A stretch of 64,000 nt of DNA from Stylophora pistillata (taxonomy: Eukaryota), in assembly GCF_002571385.2 (NCBI RefSeq), contig NW_019218100.1:103445-167444 (forward strand), in the 5' to 3' direction. The notes under the pieces are model-generated. The model did no database searches. It was given only the letters and a program-made list of their open reading frames with translations, and was not told the origin of the DNA. A program made the translations under genes and the position numbers. Positions 47,503-61,100 of this stretch are shown one piece after another. Within the stretch, counting starts at the first letter, position 1; the number at the start of each line of letters is the position of its first letter.

Positions 47503-48459
47503 TTATGCAATTCTCACTCGATTCGTTTCAAAAATCTTTTTTTCAAGTTCCTCGGCTTGAGAGAGAGTTTTTCTTGTTAACATCTGAATGAAAGCTACGC
47601 GAAATTGTCTGATTCTTATAGTGTAGATGAGAGGATTCATCGATGAATTCAACGCAACCAGAAATACACTAGGAAGGAAAGTGATATATCCAAAGTCAGA
47701 GGAGTCTCTTACGACAGAGTTAATGACAAGAATCTTATGAACACACAGCGGAATATAACAAAGAAAAATTGTCAAAACTATCACAACGGTCGTATTCAAG
47801 GCCTTCTTATTCTTGAGTAACTTTTCCTTCTCTGCTTTGGAAACTTGATTGCCAATGATTTGCTTTGTATTGCGACGAACTTCTCGGTATATCACAACAT
47901 GAAAATAAACGACAGTGGAGATAATGGCTGAGACCAGAAAAACGTTGATTTCTTGAAATATGCTGGTTTTGCTGCCAGAGAAAATCGCTGCGCACATCCA
48001 CAGCAAACCTGATGCCATGATAATACGAGCTTCAGTTACTAGGCCATTCTCATACGCGAAGGGGTGTTTAATCGCTAGATAACGTTCCCCGCTTATTAAA
48101 AACAAGTGGAAAAGCGATGCTCCAAGACATATTCGATTAACATCGTTGGTTACGTCAATAAAAGTGCAGTGAAGCCTGCCAACTATGAAGACCAAACTGA
48201 AATTGATTATGCTCAAAGGTTGAACAATCAGTCCCACAGCAAAGTCAGTTGTGGCCAAGCAAGCCAGCGAGATGTTAGATTTTGTACGGAGCTGTCGCTT
48301 TGTTTTAACGGCAACTATTACAAGAATATTCAGGAAAATGGCAAAAGGACAAGTTAATAAATTTAAAGCTGCATACGTGGCGAAAGCAGCATACACGCTA
48401 GAAGAGATATTTGTCGGAAGATATTCTAAACCACACAGAGATGATGTCGTGGTTGGCAT
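47503..48459 (-). CDS. Rhodopsin-like (class A) GPCR, intronless
   Basis: 318 aa with seven hydrophobic segments, LAxxD (LATTD), ERYLAI, CYIP and NSSMNPLIY motifs. Confidence 0.93.
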   Translation of the reverse strand: MPTTTSSLCGLEYLPTNISSSVYAAFATYAALNLLTCPFAIFLNILVIVAVKTKRQLRTKSNISLACLATTDFAVGLIVQPLSIINFSLVFIVGRLHCTFIDVTNDVNRICLGASLFHLFLISGERYLAIKHPFAYENGLVTEARIIMASGLLWMCAAIFSGSKTSIFQEINVFLVSAIISTVVYFHVVIYREVRRNTKQIIGNQVSKAEKEKLLKNKKALNTTVVIVLTIFLCYIPLCVHKILVINSVVRDSSDFGYITFLPSVFLVALNSSMNPLIYTIRIRQFRVAFIQMLTRKTLSQAEELEKKIFETNRVRIA

Positions 48460-50132
48460 GTTGATTCTTTATGGTCGCGTATTGAGTGGAGCAAATCCTT
48501 CCCTGTCTCTCTCTCATCTGTGTTTTATGGTGACTTGAACGAAACAAATTGCTATTGTTACTTGATTCTCACTTCAGTACAAGCGTATTGTCTGTTTGAA
48601 TGTACAGACAGAAAGCCGACATGCCAAGAAGATCTGAGTAAATGAGGGAAAAAAGTACTTGCATGTTGGCTTTTGCCCTTCCTAAGAGCCACTGACCATA
48701 GCTATCGAGAATCCGCCGACAGATACAAAATTTCGTAATCCATTCTATTTTTTCTAAATGACCCTTTTAATGAACCTTTTCGATAGTTATATCGAAAGGA
48801 TTTATCGTCATTTTAGCCCGAACTCTTTTCAAGCTGGACGCGCTGCTTGTGGCGGGCCAAGAAAAAAACTTTGATGAATTAAACTTTAAGAGTAAAGCCT
48901 AAGTTAAAGATTATGTATATTTTGATTTGTAGATATATAATACCAGAACTTTTAAAGGCCTTTAAATTGGTCGTGACAGCTGTTTAGCCGTTTGCACTGC
49001 ATTTTTGACAAAATAGCTCAAACTCTTTTGAACCTGGGCGCGCCGCCTCTTGCGGGCCAAAATAGAGTATCAGAGGAATTAAAATACAAGGATAAAGCTT
49101 TTGGGTGGTGTATATTATGATTTATTACATGGATACTGATGAAATACCTGGATTTTTCCTTTTAATAAAAAATCATATCTTTATCGCGCGCAGTGAAGAT
49201 ACCATTTTCATCTTTCACGTGAGAGGATATTGATGTCGCCATGAAAGTAATGCTCACTCGTTCGCTTCGCTCACTCGCGAGAGATACTTACAGCACTCGT
49301 ATCCCCACGCGACCATGTAATATCCTCTATTTGTAGATATATTAGGCAGACCTATAAATAGGCCACCGAAGTGGCTTACATAGACTAAACGCAACAGCAT
49401 AACAAGAAATTTATATTTTCCAAGAGATAAGAAGACAATCTGCCAGCACACATAAGATTAGAATGTATGGGTGGAAAGGTATCCGGATATTGGCCTGCAC
49501 TCTTCGCAACAATCTAAAGTAGTTTTTTAAGGATTTTAATGCTAACGATGCCGGACAGAAAGCTTGCCAAGGACATGATTCATTAAAAGGAAATGGTTTT
49601 TAAGAGCTAAAAATGAAATTGATAACTTAGCGGTAATTTCATTTTTATTTCCACTCGGAAAGCCTGAACAATTTTTTTCATTTTCATCATGTATTGTTGC
49701 TAATTGAGAGTTAAAGCGAATGCAACTAAAATAAAAGTGTTTTATACTTTATAAGTCATCAAGAATAGTGAATCAATTAGTAAGGGACTACAAACCAAAC
49801 TGCTGGTGATGTAAGCTGGATCGTGGAAAGTTCTGATCGAACAAAAATAAGAACAGGGGTACCACATAGACGGAGAGATGATCAAGCTAAGTTGAAAAAC
49901 GAACAAATCTCTGTACAATGGAGTCCAAATTGAAACCCAGCATGCCAATAAGAACAGCTTTGTTCATCTGTTTGGATTTCACAGGTATGTTTAAGCAGTG
50001 AGAAAACAGAATGAGCAGCACTTGTAGATCATAGTGGATTGTCTACTAAGTTCTGCACTTGCATTAAAACATACGATGCAACGTTTTCTTTGTTAAAAAA
50101 TGATTGTTGTGGTCATGTAGTAAATAAGAGAA

Positions 50133-50455
50133 TATATCAACAAAGTTGAAATTGTAAATAGGCCACCGTTACGATTATAAAAGCTGACGTTTCGAGCGTT
50201 AGCCCTTCGTCGGAGCGAATAGGGGAATTGTGGGTTGTGTGCTTTTCATTTAAGGCAGAAAAAGGAGCTACTTTCTGCCTTTAAAAGCCCACACAACCCA
50301 CAATTCCCCTATTCGCTCCAACGAAGGGCTAACGCTGGAAACGTCAGCGTTTATAATCGTAACGGTGGCCAATTTACCATTTCAACTTTGTTGATATATT
50401 CATATTATTTCGTTACCCCCACCGACGCAGCCCCAAACAGTTTCTTTAGAAACTA
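50133..50455. mobile_element. Head-to-head Penelope-like terminal repeat pair, same family as 1-600, internally deleted
   Basis: 50133-50258 is inverted relative to 50272-50399; near-identical to 1-64 and 459-590; hammerhead-like motifs on both strands. Confidence 0.75.
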
Positions 50456-52176
50456 TCAGCCTTATTCATTAGTAAATAAGAGAGCAGTGAGTCTCCATAC
50501 TAAAAATCCAGAGTACAAAAAAAGCAAAGCGCCATACATTGCCTCACCCTCGTTTTGTTCACTTTGTTATTTGCGATGCAGAAATGTTAAACAAAATAAA
50601 AAAAAAAAAAACATCTCCCTATTTCATTATCGAGCTTAAAATTCACCATACCTGTATTTATTTTCGCTTGTTTTGGCTTTCAATTTATTCTTCTAATTCT
50701 TCTTCTAAAGAGCAGTTTGCGCCTTCTAATGTACTTTTAATGTCTGAAAAAGCTTCTTTCGGAGTTCTAACATCGAATAATTGTGACGAGCCAGAAAAAT
50801 AATTTCCACACTTTTGATGAGTTGTAATAACGGGAAACCGTAGAATTCTTGTTTTTACTATGTCGCCTAGGTCAGTTCAGAGTTATTAACCATTAATTCA
50901 TGATAAACAATGATCGCTGTTTTTCTTTCGACCGGAAGTGGTATCCAAAGGGAGATAAGTTTTTGTAACTAAGCTCTTGCTAAATAACCAAAGGTATAAG
51001 TGAACATATATAGCCGGGGACTTCCATGAAATTTAACTGAAGCTGAAGGACGTATTTTTGTGTTCGTGTGATTTTCTATCATCTTTTTTATGATTTTTTA
51101 TGGTTTTGTCTTTAATAGTTCTCCTTTTAGGCTTGGTTTATTTTGGTTTGTTTGCTTGTTTTTATTTTTGTTTTTTTTTTTTCGAGGGGGGAGGGGGAGG
51201 GGTTGCGCTTGAAGACACAGGAACGAGAATGGGGTCTGAGCTCTAAGGTATTGTGTTTGCTGTGGGGGGAAGAGATGGGGTCCTTCTGAAGAGACTACCT
51301 TCTCAATCAAAATATTATATTGTTTTGTCTTAATTCATCATGATCGTCAACATTAAGTGATTGTTCTTGATAGGGCCTCTTGTAAAACGTAGTCTGACGC
51401 AGGCCATGGTCTAATTTCACTCAGTCAAGGGAAAGTCCTTGAGTTGTCGTTATAAGGGCCTTATTTATTTGAAGACGTTAACTGTTTTTCCAATATTGGC
51501 TATTTGCCTTCTTGACACGTTCAGATCAAACGCTTGACTCTTTTGAAGATGCTTTAGGGTAAGGTTTCATTAACTATCGTCATCAACGGTCCATAGTCTT
51601 TAGGACATAAACAGAAGAAAGGTCACAACAACACCAGAATGCATGCTTCAAATTTATTTAAAATAAACCATCACCTAACTGTAAAATCCCAAAAACGAAA
51701 ATTTGAGAAGAAAAGAACATTTTTTTTTTCTAGCGTTCTGTTTGTATTTCTGATAAACAATAAAAAAATCTAAAACTAAGCGAAAAAAATTGTAGAAATT
51801 GAATTAAAAAAAGCGAAGCCGTTTCCGTACAGGTTGGTCTGAGTCTTGGGTTGTTGTTGTTGTTCTTCAGTGTCTCTGCTGGGAAAATTAAATCAAGGTT
51901 AGATTCTTAATTTATTGCAGTAAAAAATCTTCTACAATAACCAACACACTGGATCCACAAGACCAAGGGAGGAGAGTGTAGAGGGATAGATGTAACCTCC
52001 TCTTTCCTCTTTGTTGTGATTCAGTGTGTTGACTGGATGTATTTTACCGTCAAACAAGGAATCGTTACTGAGAATGGCCATCTATGAGGCTCTGAATTCT
52101 CTTTTTTTTTAACGTGCTTTTTCCGTTCATCAAATCTACTTAAATAGGAAAAAAAAATGATGGACTGTTATTGCCT

Positions 52177-55100
52177 TCAACACTTTTCCTGCCAGGACTT
52201 GATGAACTGGTCAAGCTGCTGCACTTTGTCCTTTGGGTCTCTGTACTCATTCCACTCTTCACCATCAGCGTCACCGCACAAACCACAAACACGACTGCGC
52301 AGAAAAGGCGAGGCGTACAGGTCGATCCGCTGATCTTGATCCATGGTAGCGTGCAGACCCATCTGAGAGAAGTTACAAAACCACAGAGTTAAAATCAGTA
52401 TAATATCATGTAACTCACATGGAAAAAGTGTTTTGATTACGATGAGAGTTAAACGAAATATTTGTATGGTTTTGTTTGGCGTTTGGTAAGGGTTTGTTGA
52501 AGCGCAAGGGAGTTATGATTTTCTTTCTCTTCAAGACTGCCTTTTTTGCGCTCATTTGTAAATGACTTGTGAATCAAATTCTGGCTTACTTATTCTATAT
52601 AAGACGACTGTGATAGAAAAAGAGTAAGGGTTTTTCAGCTGGATTGGGTCAGGCATTGGGAACGTCAAAGTTTACCTGATATGTCTGTAGATTAAATAAA
52701 ATTCAAGAACACTCAAAAAAGAAACAACTTTGAGTTTAAATTTACAAGACATGTTTCGACATTCTCATGTCATCTTCAGTTGCAAATGAGCAATTAACTG
52801 TTGTACATTTGAATTTATATTAAGGTACGTTACAAACTACGTTTCAGGGCTTACGTTACATTTGAATGTTAAAAACGCAAAAAATGTAAATAGCGCGCGC
52901 TTGACGAGATCAAAAAATAAATAAATAAATAAAATAGTAATAATAATAAAATAAAAGACCAAGGAACAACACTATTAAAAGGAAAGAGACAATTCTAGAT
53001 GTTTCAATTGCTGATTAAGGATAGGTTTTAACTTGCAAATTTAAACTCAAAGTTGTTGTTTCTTTTTTGAGAGTTATTGTCACTCTGCTGTCTTTAAGTC
53101 CTTTTGGTAACAAAATTCAAGAACAGTATTTCCCATACTCGTTTAGCACTTTGTGTATAAACTACACGATTCTTTTTAGTGTCATAATGATATTTACAAG
53201 TGCTGAATGTAACGTAATTGCTACTCATGTCATGTAATTATTACTTACTATTATGGATATGTCTACCACGATTTATTTTGAAGGCAAGAAAAGAGAAAAA
53301 AAATTTCGCCCAATTTACAAAAAAGGCGGGAAAAAAACTAAAGATCACTATGGTTTTCTTTGAAATTTGACACCTTTTCCTTCCTGGCTAGTTTTGGCTT
53401 GTTTTAAATCGGCTCACATCACCTGCAGGTATTTGACAAGGAATATCTCCTACCTTTGTTGACAGCTGAACCTGAGTCTTCCCATCAGCCCGTTGTGCTT
53501 TGTGGACAGAAACTCCACCTAGTTTCGATTTACATGCCTTCTGAGAACAGTCCGCTCTCTTGCCGTCAATCAAAGTGGTGCCGTCTGGTTTAACGACACA
53601 TCTAACTGACTCTTGGGCTTGTTGTTGGAATGAATGGCGGATGCTTACAATTAGGGTCTTTAGACCTTGCTCGTCAATTTGCACAGAGACCTGACAAGTA
53701 AGGAGAATTGAGTCATAGATAATTTTTGGAATAAATTATGATGGGAATCATATGTGTCGAATGTAAGCCAGGTTTGCTACCTCCCCCACCCCTCCCATGC
53801 GACAAAAAAAAGGAATACCGCTGAACCACGAAAGGGAAACATCGACGCGCCTCCCGTGAGGGAATATATCGTAACTCTTGCAAATGCAAAGGTATAACCT
53901 GAAATGGTGAAATAAGTCGACATTAATTAAATGCAGTGTTAACAATTATAAAATACTGAAATATCTTCAGTCAGCTAAAGCAGTTGTTAAAACTTCAGCT
54001 TTTCCTTATACGCTTAGACTACCTGATACAAAATCCAGAGCACCGAGATAACAAGGTGCTGGAGCATCCGATGGTTTTTTGATTACATATCGATCTGGGC
54101 ATCAGTTAACCATCATGAAATCGGCCTGTGGTGTTTTTGTTTTATTTTATACATCCGACTTTCAAAGTCATCTGAGCTTTGAAAGAGGCAGCCTCACCTG
54201 GATTCTAGATTGCTTGTCTTTCCTTTGTTCCTTTGCAAGAGTATATGGACAACCGCCCTTAATGTTGTGTTCGTACTGTAGTTGGTCAAACACCTTAATG
54301 TTGTCTTTTTGGACCTCACACTTGGCTACGAAAGAGAAGATAAGACTTCGAAATAAACAATGAATACCTTGCAGATGTTTAAGCAACAACGACGAGATAC
54401 AGTTCGAAATAAAATGCGGTAACTTTTGCCGTAATCATAGGTTTAATGATTGTCCATGTTTATCGTGTCATTTCATTTGTCTGTTTTTCATTTATCAGAA
54501 CTTTAGTTGAAGAGGAAAGTTCAAAATTCCTTCAGGAATGCCCGCCCTATTCCAAAACAAAGCTTTACACCCTAATACCCAAAAGCCGAGTAGACGGTCC
54601 AAAACTCTATCTTTCTGGCTTTGTTTTCATCAGTGTTTACATATTTTATATCACAATACAAAATAGGATGTTTTGAAAGTTCTCTGAATTCTCTTCAAAA
54701 CCCCGCAAGGCAGGTAAGGCAACTTTCTCTTTCTTGCGGAACTGTGATAAACGAGAACTCTCAAGCTTTTAATGATTATCTCACCATAGAAGTAGTTCTT
54801 GATTTCTTGTAAAGAAGACGGAAAATGATCCACTCTCAAGGGTAGATTAAGGCCAGTTCTCTCAACAATAGCGTCTGGAGTTCTCATCTTCAGCCTAGCA
54901 GTCAGAGGCGACGTAAGAGCAAACTCAATCTGTACTTGGTTTTGGGATTGTTCTGGACGCCTGATCCAAGCAAACTGTTGAAGGAAATACCAGATCTGTG
55001 GCTCCCAGTTGTAGAAGAAGGTTACCCACTGCTCTGGGACCTAAAAATCATGAAAAAAAGAAAACTCAGCTAAAAAATCTTGGGAAGCAATTAAAAAGAG

Positions 55101-58100
55101 AAGTAAAGTGTCAATTTTCTCTGGAATTAAAAGGAGTTTATGCTTACTTTTGTCCACTGCAACATCAGACGCGCCGTTTTTCCCTGATCTTGAACCTGCC
55201 CAGATGCGGAGACCTGATACTGAAGTTTTCCTCTTCCAAATTCTAGTTTCATTTCTCCGTACCTTGCAGTCATTCTCGCCATTCCACCATCGTATCCCTC
55301 GGCCTGGATATCTCCTACTTGGATAGCCATCTGGTAAGCTGCTTTGTCCACGGTCATCCTGTAAGGGATTCGGCGACGAGCAGTTTGTGATGAAGCGTTG
55401 ATAGAACCTTCAACTTGCCATTCTGTGGGAACAAAGTCAGTGTCATTGATTATCATTACACTGCTCATCTTTGCTGTGCGTAATTGCAAGGACAATTACT
55501 ATGCCGACCTCAGCAAATAGCGACCTGGACCGCGAAATATGGGGATAAAAAAAAGCCAAAAGGAAATCCATCACAGGATCAATATTGGAGTGATTTCCGG
55601 TGTGAATTGATGCTAACAAATTCAGACCACTGTCACGTTTCTTTTTTAGTTACCTTTTTCACTTTTTTGGGTGACCTGACCCCTGCAATGTACAGCGGTT
55701 GGTTTGTCCGCGGCTGGTGCCATGGAAACGCGAAGCTTAGTCAAAGCAACTGCTGGGAAGACAGGAACCTGTTGAAGCCTCAAGGTGGGGAGGTCTGGAA
55801 CCCACCCTTCGGCACAAATCTGGACTCCAAACAAATCCTCTCCCTTACAAGGCACCTGAACCTTGAAAAGAGAGAGAAAAAAAAGGAAACTGGAAGCATT
55901 GCTCCTTTTTCCCGCTCTCATTATGCGAATTTGGTATCATTTCACTCGCATTAATTATACTTTCTGATAGGCCCTTGACTTTGATTGCAAATTATGTTTG
56001 CCTTCTTAGTAGTCCAATACATGTCTAAAAATGAAAAAAAGGGGACTAACTCTAAGATTAGCACCAAGCAGTGAGATTATATCTTTTAAAATATATCTTT
56101 TTGGCATTAAAGGTAATCTCGTATTGGATTAGGCTCGCTTTCCAGTGCGGCGGGATTTAGCCAATCAGGTGTACTCGTGGTTTTCCGTATGCGAAGTGCT
56201 CATGACATCCTGTGATATTTGACATTGTTTTTAATTTTCAAAACCCACTCCGAAAGCCCACGACAGTCTAGCTGCCACAATCCTTTTACCTGTTTAAGAT
56301 GAGGCGTCTTAAAATCAAAACGAAGTTGCTTCTCCTCCTCTTGACAGGTCTTAGGGTCTTTTTCAGCAACAAATCCATGTGCGTCTGACCTAAAAATGAA
56401 TTCAGTCATATTGATCGCCACATGATTGCCCTTACTCATTGGAAGAGTCTGGTTTGCATCAAAGCAAATATTTCAGCTGATAATTTGCCTCAATCTTTCA
56501 CCAATGTGGTAATATTTGTGACGGGGATAATACTTGGTTCGAAAAGAGTTCGATTTGTTTAAATTTAATTCATTGTAACATTTTGTGCAGTAAACATTCT
56601 TGTTTATCCTGATACTTCATATAATCGGTTTAATTGTGCATCTAGTCAATATTTTAACTGTGCATTTTTATCATTTTATTCTGAAAATATTACCATCCCA
56701 ACATTTAAATATCCTTCATTGACTCTCACTCGCTAATGCATTAAAAAATCCTTTCTGTTATAACAGGTAATGAAGAAATCAAAATAATATATACTTGATT
56801 TAGGTGACAGAACTCAATTTATGGAAAGGTACTGGGGACTATTAGGCGCGGAAAACTGTTTCCTTGTCACCCCATAACTCTTGCCATGTCCTTCCTTCCT
56901 CCGTGATCCCAAGGCGCAACACTTACTGCATATTTAAGATATTCCTTTGTTGCTGAGGTACGTTGTAAGTTATTGAGAACTCTTGACCGGCAGCATAGTT
57001 AGCATCAGCTTTATGTTCCGTGTTAGAATGTGCAGCGGCTTTCACCCTTACTCCCATGCGCAGGAAAGGAGTGTGAATTCCGACTTGTGCCTGCTCGTGG
57101 GCACCAATGCTGAAAAAAGAGTTATTAACAAAAATTACCAAACAAGCATTTAAAGAAAAGAACACAAAATAAAACATGCAGTTTGAGGAGACAAGTAGAA
57201 GAACATATTCGTACACTGGTTTTATCTCAGTGATGGCTGTTAGTTTCTGGAGCAGTAGTAGGGTGGCGATGGAAGGCTCAACGTTAATTTTGGCGGCCAC
57301 AGTGACCTTGGCAACTGCTGCAGTTCGGTGCTGGAAGTCAAGAGGGATTCCTGCCAGTGTTGGCACCACACGGCGCGCGTTGTTTGCCATGAAGGCTTTC
57401 TCAAAGGCTTGCTTAATTTCAATACCTTTCGGTGTGATCACGATTGCTGTGAAATAAGAGCAATTGAAAAACTGATGAACTATGCCAGAACATCTTGGCG
57501 CCGTGTAAAACTATATTCCGAGTTTAAAAGAGACTAAAGAGATATTTTTGGTGAAAAAACTCAAAAGAGGCCATTCTAAACTGATATGACGCCATGATAT
57601 ATCCGTAGTTGCGGCCCTCAAAAAACAATGAAATGAAAATTTATGGAAAGCATTTAGCCAATCAGAACTGATACAATCCGACTAATGAATAATAATAATG
57701 ATAATATGGTATTTACACATACAAGAGTAACATCAAAACTTGTGGAAAATACTTTTAAAGCGTTTATGGTAAAGCAATTATTCGATTCGGTTTAATATGA
57801 AGCCGAGAATTTTTTTTGTGGCGTTGGTTTGGCTTTGTCCCCCTCAGCTTTTTGCTCCACCCAATTACCCCAACTTTGGCCTTAGTGACTCTTAGTATCG
57901 CGCTCAACCTTATCCTATACTGTTATTTACTGTTTATTTACTTCTGTCAGCGTTTTCAATTCGATCTTTCTTTCCCAGCATAAGATCTGCGACGTCTTGT
58001 GAAAACTGTTTGATATCTTCTTGTCTGATTTCCATGTATTTCACCTCGTCACCAAACAACTTCAGGTAAGCTGACATCCGTTGACGATTCTATAAATCAT

Positions 58101-61100
58101 ATCAACTGTCTTTTTAGCAAGTTTTGATTTAATTTTATTCGCCTTCTTTTATTATTGTTTTTTCTAATCTAAGTATCATTTCTGAAATAAGTAATGTGGT
58201 GTGATTTTCAGTTTTCGCGACGTGCACCTACCCAGGTAACCTAAGTGTGACATATCTACTCTTATATCAAAACCACTTCCCTTTTCTTAATTGTCCTGAC
58301 AAGGAAAGGGAAGAGAGTCGTAGGGAAAGAAAAATTTCGGTACTCCATGCTTCATATTTTGTGTTGAATACATGACCACGCATTGAAAACAAAAACTTTC
58401 CTTTCTAGTTTAATTAAACAACTACCAAATTTGTTTCACTTGAAATAGTGTGGCACTCAGCGCACTAAATTGTTTGACCTGAGAGGTTATTCGCTGAGTC
58501 TCCCAGGACAGTTTTTATTAGATGCCTTGTGCAGAGATTCTGCTGACCCACCAAGGCAATATCACCTAGTTGAATTATGGATCGTCATTTAAAGTCTGCT
58601 TTACATTGTCTTGAAACTGTAATGATAATTTATGCGCGGGTCATTGTTGGGAGCGAGAGGGCTAAACACGTCAGGTTGAATTACCTCTTGGTCATGACGA
58701 GTAGCGGGACGAATTATTTTTGGGGTGCCTTCTGATTCTCCATCTTCTGATTTCACTTCCTTGGAAGTCTCATCTTCCGAGCTCTCTTTGTTGAAGAAGG
58801 AGTTGATTGCTCCCCACAGAGATCGTTTGTGTCGTTTGCGAACTTCGGAAATTACCTGCTCAATAACGTAGTCCATGTTTTCGATTCGAGCACCAAACTT
58901 CGAGAAGATAAAATGAAAAATAAAAAAGGGAGTGTTCTGTAAGTTACTGAAATGTTCGATTTAGTTGCGAACACAATTCAAGATTTCTCTTCGAGTTCTT
59001 TTTAGGTCCAGGAAACTCTACAACCCTTTAAACAAGATACAACACTAAAACTAATAGTACATCACTCATTCGCATTTTGCCATGCCTAATGTACATACAA
59101 GCTGAGTAAATTTTCTCTGAGTTCTCACTGGCTGCTCATTATTTTCTTTTCATTCTGATTGGCTGTTTGTTTTTGCGACAACAAATAGAAAGTTATGTGA
59201 CACACTCATAGTTAATCTTTGACACAGGTGGGGTCAACCTGTGAAGTAGAATGCGGTGCGAAGTTGCTTTCTGTCATTTTAGATCCATAGCAAGTGATCC
59301 TAAAGTCTGTTTCTTAACTTGAGGCTATCTAGCTTTGATTAGACAATTTAAAGAACGTTTATAAGACTCTAATGAACATTCATGCGTTTAAAGGCTATCA
59401 AAGACGCCATGCCTTTGATACTATGATGCTGTATGGTGAAGTTCGTTACCCCGACATGGTGGATTCATGAGCCACCTGCTAATATGACAATTATATGACA
59501 CTATTATGAGGTAGATACGGCGCAATTGCAGTATTATTACTATATTTACCTCCAATGCACTCATTTGGTAGCCTAACACGTGCATTCGGATCTGTGCGTT
59601 GAGGTTTCGTGGCAGCATACTGTCAGGAACATCCATTCTGTTTGCCTCGAACTCAAATCCCGCTTGGAATTTCTCTGTTTTTTAAAAATGACAGAGAGGA
59701 ACTTAGATTTATTACAAAGTAACGAGCCTATTATCATGGAAACCTAAAGTATAGATATATCAGACATTTTATCAACAACTAAAAACGATGAATCGACCCA
59801 ATATCGGATATATCACTCTTTCGTGAGATGGCAAATGCAACCTTTTGAGTCGCGGAGTGGACAAACAGTAAAAGAACAGCGGCAAAGATTACATTCAAAA
59901 CGAAATACGATGATTCAGGATGTAGGTGATTAGCATGGACAACAGACGATGATATCGAAAAAAGCTAGTTTAGGATTTTTAAGATGTGCGTGATATGGCT
60001 CCAAGAAAGCACTTATGAAACCAGCGGTCTCAGGTCTGTACTTAAGCCCACCTAACCATTGATCAGGTCTTTGTTCGTATTAAACGCCTGCTCAGTATTC
60101 GTCGGCCAAATTGCCTTACCTGAATATTGTGCCCATCGCATTCCTTTAGAGTATCCTGGACCATAACTCATCTTAGGCATAAGACGGAGAGCCAGGCGAG
60201 CCTGCATGCACCTGAAATTAGAATAAGCGGTTCTTACAAACTGAGCATATTTCGAAACAATAATTTGAAACGCCAAATATGTAATCATTTACTAATTAAA
60301 TCAATAAACAGAGGACATTAACTATTTTAATAATTTTTCATCGCGACTCAATGTGTAAAGGTAACATTTAATTTGCGTCTCTATTTAGTTAAAACTATGA
60401 AAGACTGGGCTCAGTAACGATCATCGGAAGTCTACGAACTGTTCAAAAAAATATTGGCATAGTACTACGTCGTCTATTAGAGGCAAATATCCAAAAAGTC
60501 TCTCTGCCAGTTGTTTGTAATTACAAAACACGTCTACTCAGGTTAGAGTTTTGCTGTTTTTTTTTTTCTTTATAAAAATCAAGGAAATCTCACAGATAAA
60601 ATTTGAATTACTGTGAATCCTCCCTAAAAAGTAAATTTTGAAATAGGATGTGATAACAAAATGTTTAAGCTTTTTAAGCTACCGGCCTAAAGTGTCCGTA
60701 TGGAAGCAATTTCACGAATTTCTGGTGGAAGATGGTCTCATTTGCCTGAACTGTAATTTTCTTATATTGGTTTGGTTGTTTTAATACATATTCATATAGA
60801 AAATGACTCATTACCTGTGCTTCGTCAAGACATTGTTCTGGTAGGCCAAAGCTGCTAGATGAGATAAAACAAATGAAGCCACCTGGTTACTGCGGGGGCC
60901 TGGAGCAGCACAAGTGATCTCACGTTTCACAATATTGGCGAGAGCCTGCAGTGTTGCAAAGTTGGGTTCGGAATTCAGCAACATAATGAAAACGGCCATG
61001 CGCAGTTCAGGGCTTTCTCTTGCGTCAGCAAAGATAGATATCAGCGATGGAGTAGCCTGGAATAAAACGAAAAGATTCAAAGTTAAAATCAGCCACTATA

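Noticed and set aside
55484-55954. 156-aa plus-strand ORF
   Set aside because: Antisense shadow of vitellogenin exons.
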